The position numbers and the translations under genes were made by a program. DNA of 52,206 bases, the filler included, from Bipalium vagum (lineage: Eukaryota), in the NCBI GenBank assembly GCA_037834085.1. It is 3 parts of 3 records of this genome, joined end to end, with 100 filler letters (N's around TTAATTAATTAA, not from the genome) between each part and the next. Parts side by side here need not be neighbours in the genome. Positions count along the whole stretch, not along the records: positions 16,714 to 33,103 come from JBBMKC010113539.1; positions 33,204 to 52,206 come from JBBMKC010013595.1; 1 more part is not named here. The stretch is one strand, 5' to 3'. The notes below the pieces were generated by a model. The model did not search any database. It was given only the letters and a program-made list of their open reading frames with translations, and was not told the origin of the DNA. This document shows, piece by piece, positions 21,909 to 35,474 of this stretch. How positions within the stretch are numbered: the stretch's first letter is position 1; each line of letters starts with the position of its first letter.

Positions 21909-24209
21909 ATGGAAAAAGATATTACCAATTATAAAAATTCGGAATCCCATTTATCATCTAATGAAAATCAAAACGATCAATCTGATATTGATCAAGCGGA
22001 AAAGCAGAAATCAAATTCAGAAATTGAAAAGAAACAATTTGTTGAAAATGAAACAATAAATAATCATTCGCCTAAGAAAAACTTGAAAGGCAAAGGAAAA
22101 TCTTCACCGAAAAATCCTAGGCGTCAAAGAAAAGCAAAAACTGGAGTGAATAAAGGTAAAATTATTTTTCTATACTTGTAAAAACGATTTTAAAATATAT
22201 TTATTTGTCGAATTCACAATTTTGAATTATTATCAAAGATATTATTTATTATTGTATCTTTAGATCTTCAAGAGGAAATTCTCAATGATTTATCAAAGGT
22301 ATTTAGAAATTTAAACTTAGTCTTCTATATTATATATATATATATATTTTAAAAAATGTTTTGGTACATTCTTATTATTTATTGTCTTATTTGTATATAT
22401 CGGAAAATCGTGATTATTAATTAGAAGTATTAATAATATTTTAGAAAGAAGAAATTACTGAAAAAACGGTTCCTTTGTCAAAATCGTTAACAAACAAAAA
22501 TAGTTCAAATTCTGAGAGTAATAGTCAAAATTTGGATTCAAATTTAAATTCGAACAAAAATGTAAATAGTGACAATGAGACTGGTCACATCAAAAAGGAA
22601 GATGTTGTGCCAGAAAACAAAGGAAAAGGTGAAGCATACATTTTAAAATTATTGATTGAAAAAGTGAGAAAAAATTTCATTAAGAAATTTATTAATAATT
22701 CTCTAACTAGACATCACTAGAGCGAGAGGCCATAAAGAGAAGGGTTAATAGCAATAATTTTCTACTGGGTGAGATTGTCAAAGCAAGAAACGGTGAATAT
22801 GAAAATAATGTAACTGTTGGGTCAAAATTTATCGACATAGAAAAGTTTATATTTTAAAATAAAATAATATTATATTATATTATTGATTAGAAGAAAAAAG
22901 ATGCTGGAAGGACGTCGAGAAATTAATGAGAAGATGAGAAAAGAACTTAGTAAAAAAGTTAAGCCCGGAAGTTCTAAAGATAAAAAGCTTGATGAAACGT
23001 ATAATTAACTATTAATAATAAATGCTCTCAACTTTGATAACCAACAGAACGATTACTGATGAGTACTTCATGGAACTTGAGATATATGACATAAACAAGT
23101 CGAATATCAACAAAGAAGAAAAGGAAATACAGATGGAATTAGACTTTCTTATCAGAGAAAGAAATTCTCATCTTCGAGAATTAATAAGAATAAGAAATCA
23201 AGAGTTTTCGAGATTTTCTAATTTTGAAATATTGAAAGATCGTTACCTAATTCTCTCTCTTCTTGGAAAAAGTGAATTCTCACAAGTCAATAAAGCATAT
23301 GATTTGTTAGAACTTCGTTTTGTGGCATGTAAAATGCACCATGTTAATCAAAAATGGTCTAAAGGAAAACTAGAAAACTATATCAATCATGCAATGGATG
23401 AGGTATCTATTCTGAAAACCCTTGACCACAAACGAATTGTGAAAGTTTACGATGTTTTTCATATGGGTAATGATTCTTTTTGTACTGTACTTGAGTATTA
23501 TGAAAGCAATGATCTGGAATTCTATCTCAAGCAAAAGCAATGTCTTCCAGAACGCGATACTAAATCTCTGATTTGCCAAGTCATTAATGCATTGTGGTAT
23601 TTATATGACAGAATAAAACCCATCATTCATTATGATCTTAAACCTGCCAATATCTTATTGTCTGAATATGGTGAAATTAAAATCACAGAGTTTGGTCTAA
23701 GTAAAATCTGTCTTGATAATAGTTTGGATGTTAAAGAAATTGAATTATCGACTTTTGGTAGTGGTACATATTGGTACTTACCACCGGAATGCTTCAGGAT
23801 TGAAAGTAATTCAAAGATTGTGTCTAGTAAGGTAGATGTTTGGTCAATTGGAGTAATATTTTATGAATGCTTATATGGGAAAAAAGTTATTTTTTTATTT
23901 TATTAATCTTATTCTAATAATATTTTCCCAATTAGCCTTTTGGGCACAACATGACACAACAGGAAATTCTGTTTAACAATGTTATTATTGAAGCGAAACA
24001 AATAGAATTTCCGACAAACCCTAAAGCTACTGAGGCTGCTAAAGTAGGCGGTTTAATTGACTACGGGCTTTAGAAAATATAATTATATTTCACTTTAGGA
24101 CTTCATCCGGCAATGCTGCACGTACGACAAAGAGTTACGACCTGGGATTAACCAAATTAATAAGAACGATTATTTAAAGACCAAAGCCCAACTTAATAGG
24201 TCTCTATAG
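21909..24209 (+). CDS. TLK: Tousled-like Ser/Thr kinase paralog (atypical catalytic motifs), 8 exons
   Basis: Phase-consistent exons 21909-22155, 22264-22298, 22445-22663, 22711-22844, 22891-22998, 23048-23885, 23936-24043, 24099-24209. TLK hallmarks: KLLIEK, RERNSHLREL.RI.N, DSFCTVLEY, PIIHYDLKP.NILL, GTYWYLPPECF, SSKVDVWS.GVIFYECLYGKKPFGHN. Confidence 0.92.
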
Positions 24210-24769
24210 AGTTGAATTTGTGTAATAAAAATTTAATGATGCTAATTTGTATTGGTTTTTTGATACTTATAAAATCCGTATATAATATGAAAGTGCTTTT
24301 GAATTTCTTTAATAATATTAATGTTTTCGAATACGAAATGTCCGTATAAAACTTGTATGTATCAATTGGAAAAAACTTGCCGTTAAAACTCTTTGACCTT
24401 ATCATTCACATCTTTCAACGATCTATCAGTGAGAACATTATAAAACATTGGCTTTGAGATCCACGATTTATTATCATTATTTAGCCATGTTTACATAATA
24501 ACCTTAGCAAAAACGAACAATCTTTTATTAAACAACTTTTTGGTGAATTATTAAAATATTTTACCAAATTTGTGGAAAACTAATTATACTATACAATAAT
24601 ATTAATTCTAATATTGGATTAGTTCTAATGCGAAGATTAATATTTTTTGGCACTTTTAATGCTGACCACTCAATACTTGGGATTGTTGAAAAGATAAAAG
24701 TCCAAAGATGTAAATTTATTTGGCAGCATTTTCAAATGCATAATAAAAAAGAACATTTGTGGTATTCTA

Positions 24770-25170
24770 TTAAACCGAAACTCACCAGAAAAGGTTATGT
24801 TATCAGTCTGGTGGGATTATATGGGACTTTTATATTTCGAGCAACCACCGAAAAACAAATTGTACCGTCAACTCCGATGTTTATTGTCAGTAACTGGACA
24901 ATTTAAAAATTCTATGCTGCAGGTTCAGCCGAAATTAGCAAATTTTGGAGGTGTTGTGTTCCACAATGACAACGCAAAACCTCAAACGTCTTTGAAGAGT
25001 CGACAACAATTAGTGAAACATGAATGGGATTTGCTATCACAACCACCATATAGTTCTGACATGGAACCGTCAGACTATTATCTCTTCCGTTCTCTACAAA
25101 ACGATTTGGTAGAAAAAAACTTTACCTGAAATCGTTTTTCGACCAAAAAGACTCAGAAGTTCTAAAGCCG
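24770..25170 (+). mobile_element. mariner transposase C-terminal fragment
   Basis: VMLSVWWDYMGLLYFE...VFHNDNAKPQTS...PPYSSDMEPSDYYLFRSLQN. Confidence 0.88.
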
Positions 25171-25189
25171 TACATCTCAAGATTGGTTC

Positions 25190-25700
25190 AGTCGTTTTCA
25201 TAAGGTGATTTTGACAGACGATCGGATTTTTGTGAGAAATTTCTCACTTGAGTTGCTAAAGATGCAAATCTTTTTAGCCCTATTATGTGGAGAGACGAGG
25301 CTAGATTTAATATCTATGTTTGTCGGAACAGACACGACAGCGTATATTGGTGCTTAGGTAATCCTCATCTGAAAGTGAAGAAATAGGTAAATTCGCCTAG
25401 CATCATGGTCTGAGCCTTTGTTTATGCTGATAGCTTGATTAGACCCTATTTCTTCTCCGAAAATGTGACAGGCACCAATTACTTGGATATGTTAAAAGCT
25501 TATTTTTGATCTACCTTTAATCAATTACTTTCAGTTTCTTCAATCCTATTTTTACACATTGACCTTTAGCAGTTCGAGAATAACTATGTCAAAATTGTTC
25601 TGAAAAGTTGGTCGACAGAAGAGTAAGTATTGATTGGCTACCAATATCACGAGAACATACTCCCATGGACTTTTTTGTGTGGGAGCATACTGATTTTGAA
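25190..25700 (+). mobile_element. Decayed Tc1/mariner-superfamily (Tc3/DUF4817-like) transposase fragment
   Basis: MWRDEARFNI...NRHDSVYW...NPH...IRPYFFSENVTGTNYLDML...IDWLPISREHTPMDFFVWE, matching the WPPRSPDLTPLDFFLWG type. Confidence 0.8.
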
Positions 25701-27846
25701 AGAAGATAAGGATTTTTATAAAACCTTAATAGATTTAATATAAATAATAAAATGATGCTAACAAGAAATATAATTTAAATAATAAAATAATGATATGAAA
25801 TGAGAAATGGAAAGGGAATAAAAAAAAACACGAATTAAGAATGAAAACTTTGTACTATAACATTTAGAACGAAAGGGTCATCACATAATTTTGGTCATCT
25901 GAGTCAATATGAAAAACGTGATGTAAGAAATCAAAATAGCTTCTCACTCATAAACTGACCAAGACAAAGATTAAACGGACACGGTGGTAAATAATCACAA
26001 TTATTTTTTTAATTATTAATTTTCTTTCTCACTTAATTAAAATTTTAATATATTTTGATTGGTATAAATAATCATAATAAGATTAGTTAATTCTTTTTAG
26101 AATTTTCATGATTTCTTGATTATATATTTTAAAGGATTTATATATTTATCTCATTTTTCTTCAAAACATTGGTAATATTTATTATTTATGATATTAAAAA
26201 ATTTTTCCATTGTAAATTTATAATTCTGTGTAGGTTTTTTATATTATTTTTCTATAATATTTTAATATAGTTTAAAATTTATACTTAACGATGTTATTGA
26301 TTTGTAAGAGAATTGTAAAAACATTAATATTGATTGATAGAATGAATGAAGTGAAAACATCTTCATTTTAATAAGTTTCAGGTCATATTTATGAGACCCA
26401 TCGATTCTGGGTACCGGTTTTATTTTATTAAAATACTCTATGATTTAAAATGAAATTTTTGGACGAATTTTTATTTTTAAAATGTTATTTGTTATAATCA
26501 ATATATAAATTATTTATCATAATACATCATTAAATTAATTATACTGACATTTTTGAAAAATATCTGAAATGTTCTTAAAATTTCAAGATTAAAAATAAAT
26601 CTAGAAAGCTTTTTAACAAATTTGTCAATTTAACAAAAATGTTAAACTATGCAACTTCAGCAGATGCAATATTGAATCGGTCATTTAATTTATGATCAGC
26701 GTTTATGAGTGGCTCCGTAAAGATCATTTGGCCATAAAAATTGGCTTGTTTATAAAAACTTTAATAGTAATAAAAATAAAATAATATTAATTTTGTTTTA
26801 AATAATAACGCAAAATCTAACACATTAAATCAAGTTTTTTTGCGTTAATATAATATATAATAGTAATTTATATATATATTTATTTTTCAATATACCCACC
26901 ATGTTTATTCAATTTTTTAAAAATGGGTTCGAAAATTGCCTACTTTGTTTTCAAGAATATTATTTTTAAAGTGCTGGTGATATCAAATGCTTATCATCGT
27001 AGGTCTTTCATTGTTTGATCAAGAAAATATAAATCAAACTGATCTGGATCAGAATTAAATGCTGACTGTTACAATAAATCTGACAATCAAGACTAATGCC
27101 AATCAGCAGAATAAGGTGTAGGATATTTGAATGAATATTAAAATATTGAGTTTTATCTTAAGTTTGGTTAATGTATTAATTTGTTTTATCTTGGATTTAT
27201 TTCTTATATATCAATTGAAATCAGACTTCTTGGTCCCCCATCATCTAATAAGCTTATTCTCCCAAAGTTTAATTTTTTGTCTTTGGGAAAAAACATAGCC
27301 ACGCCATTTCTTTCGAAATTATCTAATCACCCAAAGACTACTATTTTCAGTACCAATTTCATAATAGATTTCACAAGTTCTTAATCGAAAAATGAGGAAG
27401 GCACAAGCTTAGCATGCATACAATTTTACAATGATTGGTTAGAGAGATAAAAAATTAATATATTTCTTCAATACATTCAAACAATGGGAACAGGTAACGA
27501 TAACTATATTTTTTATAATTTTCATTTTGTAATTTTGTTTACAAGGATAATTACCTGACAGTTTCTCAATCAGAAGACTAAGACTAACAACGAATAACAA
27601 GAACTACTTCCACAGTTGGGTCTCATTTGACAAGAATACATTTTCTATGGGAAATAACAAAACTGATTTAGTTGCAAAAAACTGTCACCGTAACCCATTA
27701 AAAATCAAAAATTTAAACAAAAAATGCAAATCTCATTTCAATAATTTGACCTGCAGATATTCCTTAATCAATTACTTCAATCATAACGATCATAAAATTA
27801 TAATTTATTTATTAATCACATTTATTTGTCAATTTAATATATTTAG

Positions 27847-28765
27847 AGTGATCGGAATTTTTCTCACTCATTGCAAGTATGCGGACATGCTCGCATTTGG
27901 CGAGATTGTATGTCTAGAAAGCGCTGTGGTAGCGAGTTATGTGGTTTGCATTCTTGTCTACTTTATTTCTATAACTGGACTCCATTAAGCTATATAATTT
28001 TCATCATTCATATCGGTGATGAGAATATATTATTCAGTATGTTTGACGATTTTTTTTTCTTTTGTTTTGTAAATAACAAATAAAACAACGTTAAGTGTGC
28101 CATTATTATTATTATTTTCAATAGAGCACACGTCTGGTTTGTGCCTTATTATTAGATTTTAATTTAGCAAATTATTTTCAAAAGTGGCCTTACTTAGTAT
28201 GACAGATTATGAAAGTAGTGGCTTGATAATAGCTGCTATAATCATTTTCATTATTCTCGTCGGAATAATTATCATTCTCATTGTTTGCCATCGAAATCGA
28301 TCCAGTCCATGCTATCGAGCAGATAATTCTAGGCAAATACCGGACAATACAGTCTTAGAAACGTTGCCAAGAGATATAATTGCTCAATTAAATGTATCGC
28401 CGAATTTGGTCAATTTGGATGTGAGAAATTTACGTTCCTATGATAGCATTATGAAAGACAAATTGACTTTACCACCAGATTATGATTCTATTGTTGCGCC
28501 TAGTTATGAACCTGATGATAATGAATTGAATCTTAACAATGTCTGTTTAAATGATGATATGGAAATTGCGGAACCTATTGACTCTTTTCAAGATAACCAA
28601 GCACCTGCTGAAATGGTATCCGGAAATAACAATGAAAATGGAATATCAAACCCAGCTTTCACATTTGATAATAGCAATGATCATACTGGAAGTACCACAA
28701 TTGATACCAATAATAATTTTAATGATAATAATAATAATAACACTAGTAACAATATGGAATCTTGA
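27847..28765 (+). CDS. Single-pass membrane protein with Cys-containing ectodomain and cytoplasmic PPxY motif (5' end unresolved)
   Basis: Exon ~27847-27943 (VCGHARIWRDCMSRKRCGSELC) splices in phase 1 to exon 28185-28765. That exon encodes a hydrophobic helix (GLIIAAIIIFIILVGIIIILIVC), basic HRNR, LPPDY, two YDSI and an Asn-rich tail. Confidence 0.65.
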
Positions 28766-30051
28766 TGAAAAGGAAGTCAAATGTTCACTATTATTATGGA
28801 TTATATCTCAACTGAAAATTATTTGTTTTTAAAACTGATCACTTTGTCAACTCCTTTAAGAGGAAATTCAGATTCATTTTCTAATTTGTAAATTTCTTTT
28901 TTCTAAGAAGATATTGTTCACATGACGCTCATTTTATCAATCATTTGTCATGAACTCAATCAATAATTTTCAAATGACAGAATTATATATGTGTAAGCTG
29001 GTTAATTATATTTATATATTAAAAAATATCCAACTTTGATCTAAAAAGTCAACAGGAAAAAGATCTCTTCATTCCATTCGGAACTTCGTCTGTATCCGAT
29101 AATTTCAGTTGAATATATTTTATCGCTCAAAATATTGGATTTTATAAATGTTAAACTAGGAAATTGTTTACATTTATTATTAAATTTTAAATTTATTTCT
29201 TAGAAAAAGTTTTATGGTTATTTAAATTTTTCTTGTGTTATAAAAATTTCTTTTTCCGTTTTGATAAATATCTTAAGTAAATTAACTTAAAGATTTTTGT
29301 TTAACTATCTCAATATTTATATACGGATTTCACCATTAAAACTTGAATATTTCAGTACCGGTTGTCAATAAAATGATATTTTCAAAATGAAATGACTGAG
29401 TGATCAATTGGAAAACGTTACAATAAACCACTGCAAATATTGATTGATCTCACAGAATGGAATAAATAATTGGGACCAGAGTTAAACAATTTTTAGTCAT
29501 GTGAAGCACCTAAAATTTTTCCAAATAGTACAAACAGGTGTTAAAAGATCTGAAAAATTTGGAAATTAGCATAAATCTTCAGTAATTCTTTAAATATCCA
29601 ATTTAAGTTTCAGTTATTTGTAATTTTTATCTTATACAAATTTAATAAAATGATTATTTATAATAGTTTCATGTTCATAACCTAATATTTATTATCAAAT
29701 ATTTTGATATTTTACAAAAAATAAGTCTACTATTTTAAATGTCTATAATTTATTATTCAATTTTACAAAATCAATTTTATAAAAACCCACTGGGCAAAAA
29801 TTTTAGAATAGAGAATAAATTGTTTTATTTAACAATATTTTCCCAATTAAAATATGACTAATCATTTGTTTAAAACAGGCCAACAATCCGTTGTTAGTAA
29901 GAACGTTACAAATTAATTTTGTAATTGAATTAAGTATAAAACTCAATAAGCTTTAGGCCAGAAATGATTATAGGTGAAATTCGAATAAAATATCGAAGGT
30001 TAGATTTTTGTTTTAATACATTAGTTAATGTATAATTATTATAATACTTAA

Positions 30052-30237
30052 TTAATTAAATTTAATATGGGAATAAAATTTTTGATTTATTTCCAAATTC
30101 CTCAGCATCTGGCATGACGGACATGTCATTTCAGTGAGTAGTATATTTTCTCCAGTTAGAAATTTAAAACCACTTTGATTACCAAAAAACATGCTATGGA
30201 TTCTTAAAATAGTTGAATCATTTTTATCTATGACCAT
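30052..30237 (-). mobile_element. Possible Merlin/ISXO2-like transposase N-terminal remnant
   Basis: FLTGENILLTEMTCPSCQML resembles the N-terminal CxxC of Merlin/IS1595-like transposases; short. Confidence 0.3.
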
Positions 30238-30597
30238 GAGTAATTAGTGAAATTATAATATTTAAAAATTAAATATAATTATTTAATGAAAAAAATTTTC
30301 AAATTGTAAAATATTATAATAATTATTTAAAACAAACGTACAATTTTGGTAATTCGTTGAAATGAACTGTTTTTCTTTGAAAAAACAATTTTTTTTACTT
30401 TTTTGAAGAAATTTGTGACATAAATGCAGTGATCGGAAAACAGTATTCACTCACTTTGCTTTCTAAGCTGAAACATGTTTTTATTATCGGAATCTTTTAG
30501 GTTTCCACAAAAATATATAGAAAAGCTATAAAAAATCAGTAAAAAAATCATTTTTATTTCAAATAGTTTTCATAAAAATTTTTCCAAAATAAAAATT

Positions 30598-30785
30598 TAT
30601 TACAAATTCTCCTACTGCAGCTGCACTCATACAGCCCAAAATCCTAACACTACCGTCTCAATGTTTCATGGTTGGAATGATATTTTTCAGCACAAGTTCT
30701 GTATTAGACTTTTTCCACATAAAGTATTTTTTCCATCAGAACCAAGAATATTGAATTTAATTTCAATAGCAAATATCAAATCATA
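30598..30785 (-). mobile_element. Tc1 transposase fragment
   Basis: KFNILGSDGKK/MWKKSNTELVLKNIIPTMKH*DGSVRILGCMSAAAVGEF matches the Tc1 TVKHGGGSVMVWGC region. Confidence 0.8.
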
Positions 30786-33031
30786 GATCAAGTAATATTA
30801 TCTTTAAAATGATTAAAATGATCAATTATTTCAGATTTCATAAAAAAGCAGTTTCAATTAGATTGTAGATTATTTAAACTATTGAGAAACCATATACCTA
30901 AAACCAAGTTCATACATGGTCATTTACTCAAAATTTGAACGTTGATCAAGCTATTATAAACCAGGTTCCACATCGCAAATCATAATACAATATTGATTTA
31001 TTGTGTTTTAATAATCTAATGAATGTAATAGAATGAATCCATTGAATTAAACAAAAAATTATCTCTAAATTTTTGTCATTATTTTTGTATTTTAAGCATT
31101 CATACCAAACCAGTGTCTTCTTTGAATGAAGACATAAATAGGTTTTCAAATGTTTTTTCTTTATCATAAAGTATAAATGATTCTGTAATAATAAAATATG
31201 TATTAATATTTTCTTAATAAATCCACAGTTTTAAAAGAGTGCAAAAAATGAAAAATATTTGAATGTCTATTGAAACAAAAAAAGGTCATTGATAATAAAC
31301 AACGTGTAATATTGAGATTTTATTCTGTTATAAGTATTTTTGAAAATCTATAACTGTAAACTGCATAAATATAGAGCCAATCTAAATTTATCTTAGAATT
31401 ATAGGAAATGAAGTTTAAATTAATAAATATTAATATAAATAGCATATTTAGGAATTCATTACTTTGATCAATTAAAAATTCTGATAAATACCAGTGACAC
31501 CCTGAGGTTGCCTGTAGTTGCCTAGAGATCCTAAAATTATTCAACCAGAAAGTTATTCACAACAATTTATACAGAAGCAGAACGTCCAAAATGACTATTT
31601 CTTATTATTTTTTAATGTCATGTAAATATTACCATTTTTCAAATTTAAAAAAGATGATGAGAAGCATTTTATTAAGTTTTCACATGGATTTCTCCGATAG
31701 ACAGTGCCAGGAAAACCTTGCTTCATGATAAAGTCTATGTTGAATATTTTGCAATTCAAATTTGAAACAATTTTAGAAAAGTTTTAAATTGACCAAGTAA
31801 CTAATAAAAAAATATAATAATAAAATCTCTAAATTCATTTCTTTCTTTGAGTAAGGGTTATGTATTTGATTAATAAATGACAGATGAAAGTCGATAATAA
31901 CAATGAATATGCCTTAGAAGAACCAGTTTTATCTAAAACAAAATTTTAAATACAAGGTATTGGTATTTTATTTGGTATTAAAAACTAAAATTGAGTAATA
32001 AAAAAGGAATGACACAATTAATAATCTTACAAGTGATACTTCAATATAGACGATAAAGAATGTCATTTTGATAATATTTCATGAAGAAAGATTGAAGATA
32101 ACTGACAAAAGTAGAAGATTAATTTAATACTTATAAAAGTGATTTTATATTAATCAATGAAAATCTATTTTATTATAATCCATAAAATTCTTTTAGTGAT
32201 AAAATAATATTTTGTAATAATCAATATAATTTAATTAATTAAAATTAAGTCATTAAATTCAACTAATAAGCTTTAGACTTGCCATTTTGTGAATCATATC
32301 ACATGGTATGGTAGAACAAGATTCTGTCTTCATATTTTGAGGTCATATTATGATCTCGTTGTAACCAGACAGTTTTTGAACATGTTTTCTTCGAAAACTA
32401 ATCCAAAGTTAATTTAAAATTCGATTCATACCAATTAGACCAATAAATTATACAAGAACAAAGTTTCAGAATAAAAAAATCTAACTTCTTTAAGAAAAAT
32501 CCCTCAAAATCCCAACAAAAAGTCATAATGATTTGTCATTCTCATTTAATAGACCAAATAAGAAAAAATTATTACTTAAATTTTAGAAAATTGTATTAAA
32601 AATCTACTTAAATATGACAAAAACATGGAAATTGATAAGGTTTTATTTTTAAACTATTGAAGTTCATAACAATATGAGAGTTATTCTGTCAAAATTTAAT
32701 TTGGTTTCTTGTCAAAATTTCATACCGTTTGGATTTCCATATCACATATTGGACAACCCTGGTTATGTATTAGTAATATATTTTTAGAAAAATGTTTATA
32801 ATTAGAAGTGAGATTAAGTAATTATTATTATTATTTCTTGTTAAATTACAATTGTGAAAAAAGTTTTTATTATTCCACAATTCTATAACTCATTGTGTCT
32901 GAAAATCGGTGGCAGCATTTCAACAAAATTTCCATTGAATAATTTGTTTTAATTAAGACAATTTAAAATATTTTTCTAATAATTTAAAGTTGGAACCTAG
33001 TTTATTACCAGTTTTTCACTTTTGTATATGC

Positions 33032-33103
<72 letters not shown>
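33032..33103. repeat. (AAT)n microsatellite at the contig end
   Basis: Perfect AAT run directly abutting the gap. Confidence 0.95.
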
Positions 33104-33203
33104 NNNNNNNNNNNNNNNNNNNNNNNNNNNNNNNNNNNNNNNNNNNNTTAATTAATTAANNNNNNNNNNNNNNNNNNNNNNNNNNNNNNNNNNNNNNNNN
33201 NNN
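33104..33203. other. Artificial contig linker (N44-TTAATTAATTAA-N44)
   Basis: Identical to 16614-16713. Confidence 0.97.
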
Positions 33204-34099
33204 TATAGAATATTTTAGTGCCAAAGCTTTCCAACTACTCCTTAAATGAAATTTACTGTTTGTTTAAAAGTGATTTCATAGATTACAAATTTATAATCAA
33301 ACTTATTTTCTTTTGACCTAGTATATTGTTCCAAGACTGAAAATTATTGCTCTCTGGTGTTCTAGAGGAATATAATTAACAGGCATTTTTGTACCGACCT
33401 TATTCTTAAATTGGTTTTCATAAAAGAAATAATGGCATTCTAGGAAAAATGATAGTGGCGAAAGAAGGTGGTCAGCAAATGTGACGGATGAAGCAACGTT
33501 TTATTTTTCAGCTCATTCACCTTGTCATGAAATAAATTCATCTGATCCTGTTTAAAAAATTATAATTTATTAATTCTTTTTAGACTACTAAAATTTTCAA
33601 TGTAAATTCTGGTTGAGAAAATCTGTCATTCTGAAACATTTTTCACATGTACTTAGACATTGAAAATAGACAAGTGCCTAGTATAGTCTGCTGTAGTACT
33701 GTCTTGTCTTTAGACCGCATTTAAAATCATATAGTATACATGTTTTAATTATTTCTTCTGTAAATGCCATCACTAAAAATGATAATTAACTAAATTTACA
33801 TAACAAATAAATGGATATGGATAATATCATTTCGTCACATAATTTTAAATGATTGGTATATCAATAAATCAAATAGATGTAGAAAAACAAAATTAAATAA
33901 TAGTCAATGAAAAAACGTAAAGATGACCTAACAATTCATTTTAAAACACTACTTCAATATAGAAATTATTTAATTTTACCATCTTCAACCAAGCCAATAA
34001 AGTTAGTACTATTTTATAGTTTTAAATCTGTAAAAAAATACAAAGATCTCAGAGGACTTCTGATAAAGATAAACAACGTCCGATTCTTCTGTCAAGTCT

Positions 34100-34760
34100 T
34101 TAAAAACATTTCAGATTACTTTTAGGATTAAAAAGTATGGTTAGAAAATTTTAATAAGCTACGTACTTATAAAATAACTAAATCATACTTATTTGGTCCA
34201 GATGCATTGCTTTTGGAAATTAAGTAATCCGGCTGGGTATTCATATTCTCAGCTTGGTGTCTGCCAACAGCTTTCAAATAATTGTCCACGGCTTCTTTTT
34301 CCTTGTCAGCTATATAGGCCATTTTCGATATTCTCTTATTTTTTTCTCTTTTCTCAACAAATTCTACCAATTTATTGCTGGCGGCCTTAATAGTATCCGA
34401 TGATCCCTCCTCACAATTCTCTGTGAAAATAATCAAATCAATAAACATGGTTCCAAACCGACCGAATCAAGTACCATTGTTTCCCGATTCTAATTTCAAA
34501 GCGGTTTGTTCGTTGCGGATTTTTTGCATCAAATTATTGATCTCATCTCTCGATTCTTGGATCTTTTTCAAACAAATCTCCGATTCCTTTTGGAGAAACA
34601 AGTCTGTCGCTTGCAAAAACTCAGCCTTGAAAGATTCCATAAGTGTTTTACAATGATAACGAAACCATACTTGCAAATTAATTGGCAATTCCGAAATTCG
34701 TCTTTGCAATTCTTCATCATCAAGTTGAATCTTATTCTTCAGCAGCTCCATCAAAATTTC
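34100..34760 (-). CDS. Uncharacterised helical/coiled-coil protein (at least 3 exons; 5' end uncertain)
   Basis: The ORFs 34467-34754 and 34167-34448 are joined in phase by a ~52-nt GT-AG intron (~34422-34473). A further GT-AG intron leads to a short last exon (NLKCF*). Charged, heptad-like composition. Confidence 0.6.
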
Positions 34761-35474
34761 TTTCTGTATATGGAAAATGAACTATTCCTAACAATTATAT
34801 ATTGAAACTATTATTAGAGATACATTGAAATTATTTCTACCAGCTATTGTTAAGAAATTTGATGGTGTTTGATGGAAAGCAAACAATAAAGATGCATACA
34901 ACCAGCCTGGAGAAGCTGTACAGAGGGAAATGTCGTTTTGTTACGGAAAATACCAATTAAAATTTACTACCTCTGATCAATAGAACCACATTTTTTCATT
35001 ATTATCATTTTTATCATATTGTATGGGAAATAGGGCAAGTCACTTTTGAGGCAATGAGGATTAGAGATAAATTTCATAAAACGTGTAAGAAATATACAAA
35101 TAAAAAAATTTATAAAATTGAAATAGTTATTCGATTTTTTTCCGGGTGATGTGTGACAAATAATTAAATAATTTATCGAAAAATTTAGTTGGAAAAGTCA
35201 AGGTAAAAAATAAATATTTTTAATTTGATTTACAATGTTACATTAAATAAAGGAATTATTTGTTTAAATTGATTTTTTTTCAAAATTTTTAATGTTCCAA
35301 TTTATTTTAAGATTAAGATTATTTTTTCAAGAATCAGCGTTGAAATTCTCGTGGTGCAATGTACAATGATAATATTTTAATATTAATGAAAATAATACAT
35401 TTTAACCAAAGACACCTCTAAAAATTACTTAAAAGGTTATTTTAATTAATATATTATTATTATTACTATAATTA

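Noticed and set aside
33032-33103. (AAT)n at contig ends as telomeric repeat
   Set aside because: The first tract is followed by unique sequence before the gap, and AAT runs occur internally. Microsatellite-induced assembly breaks explain it.
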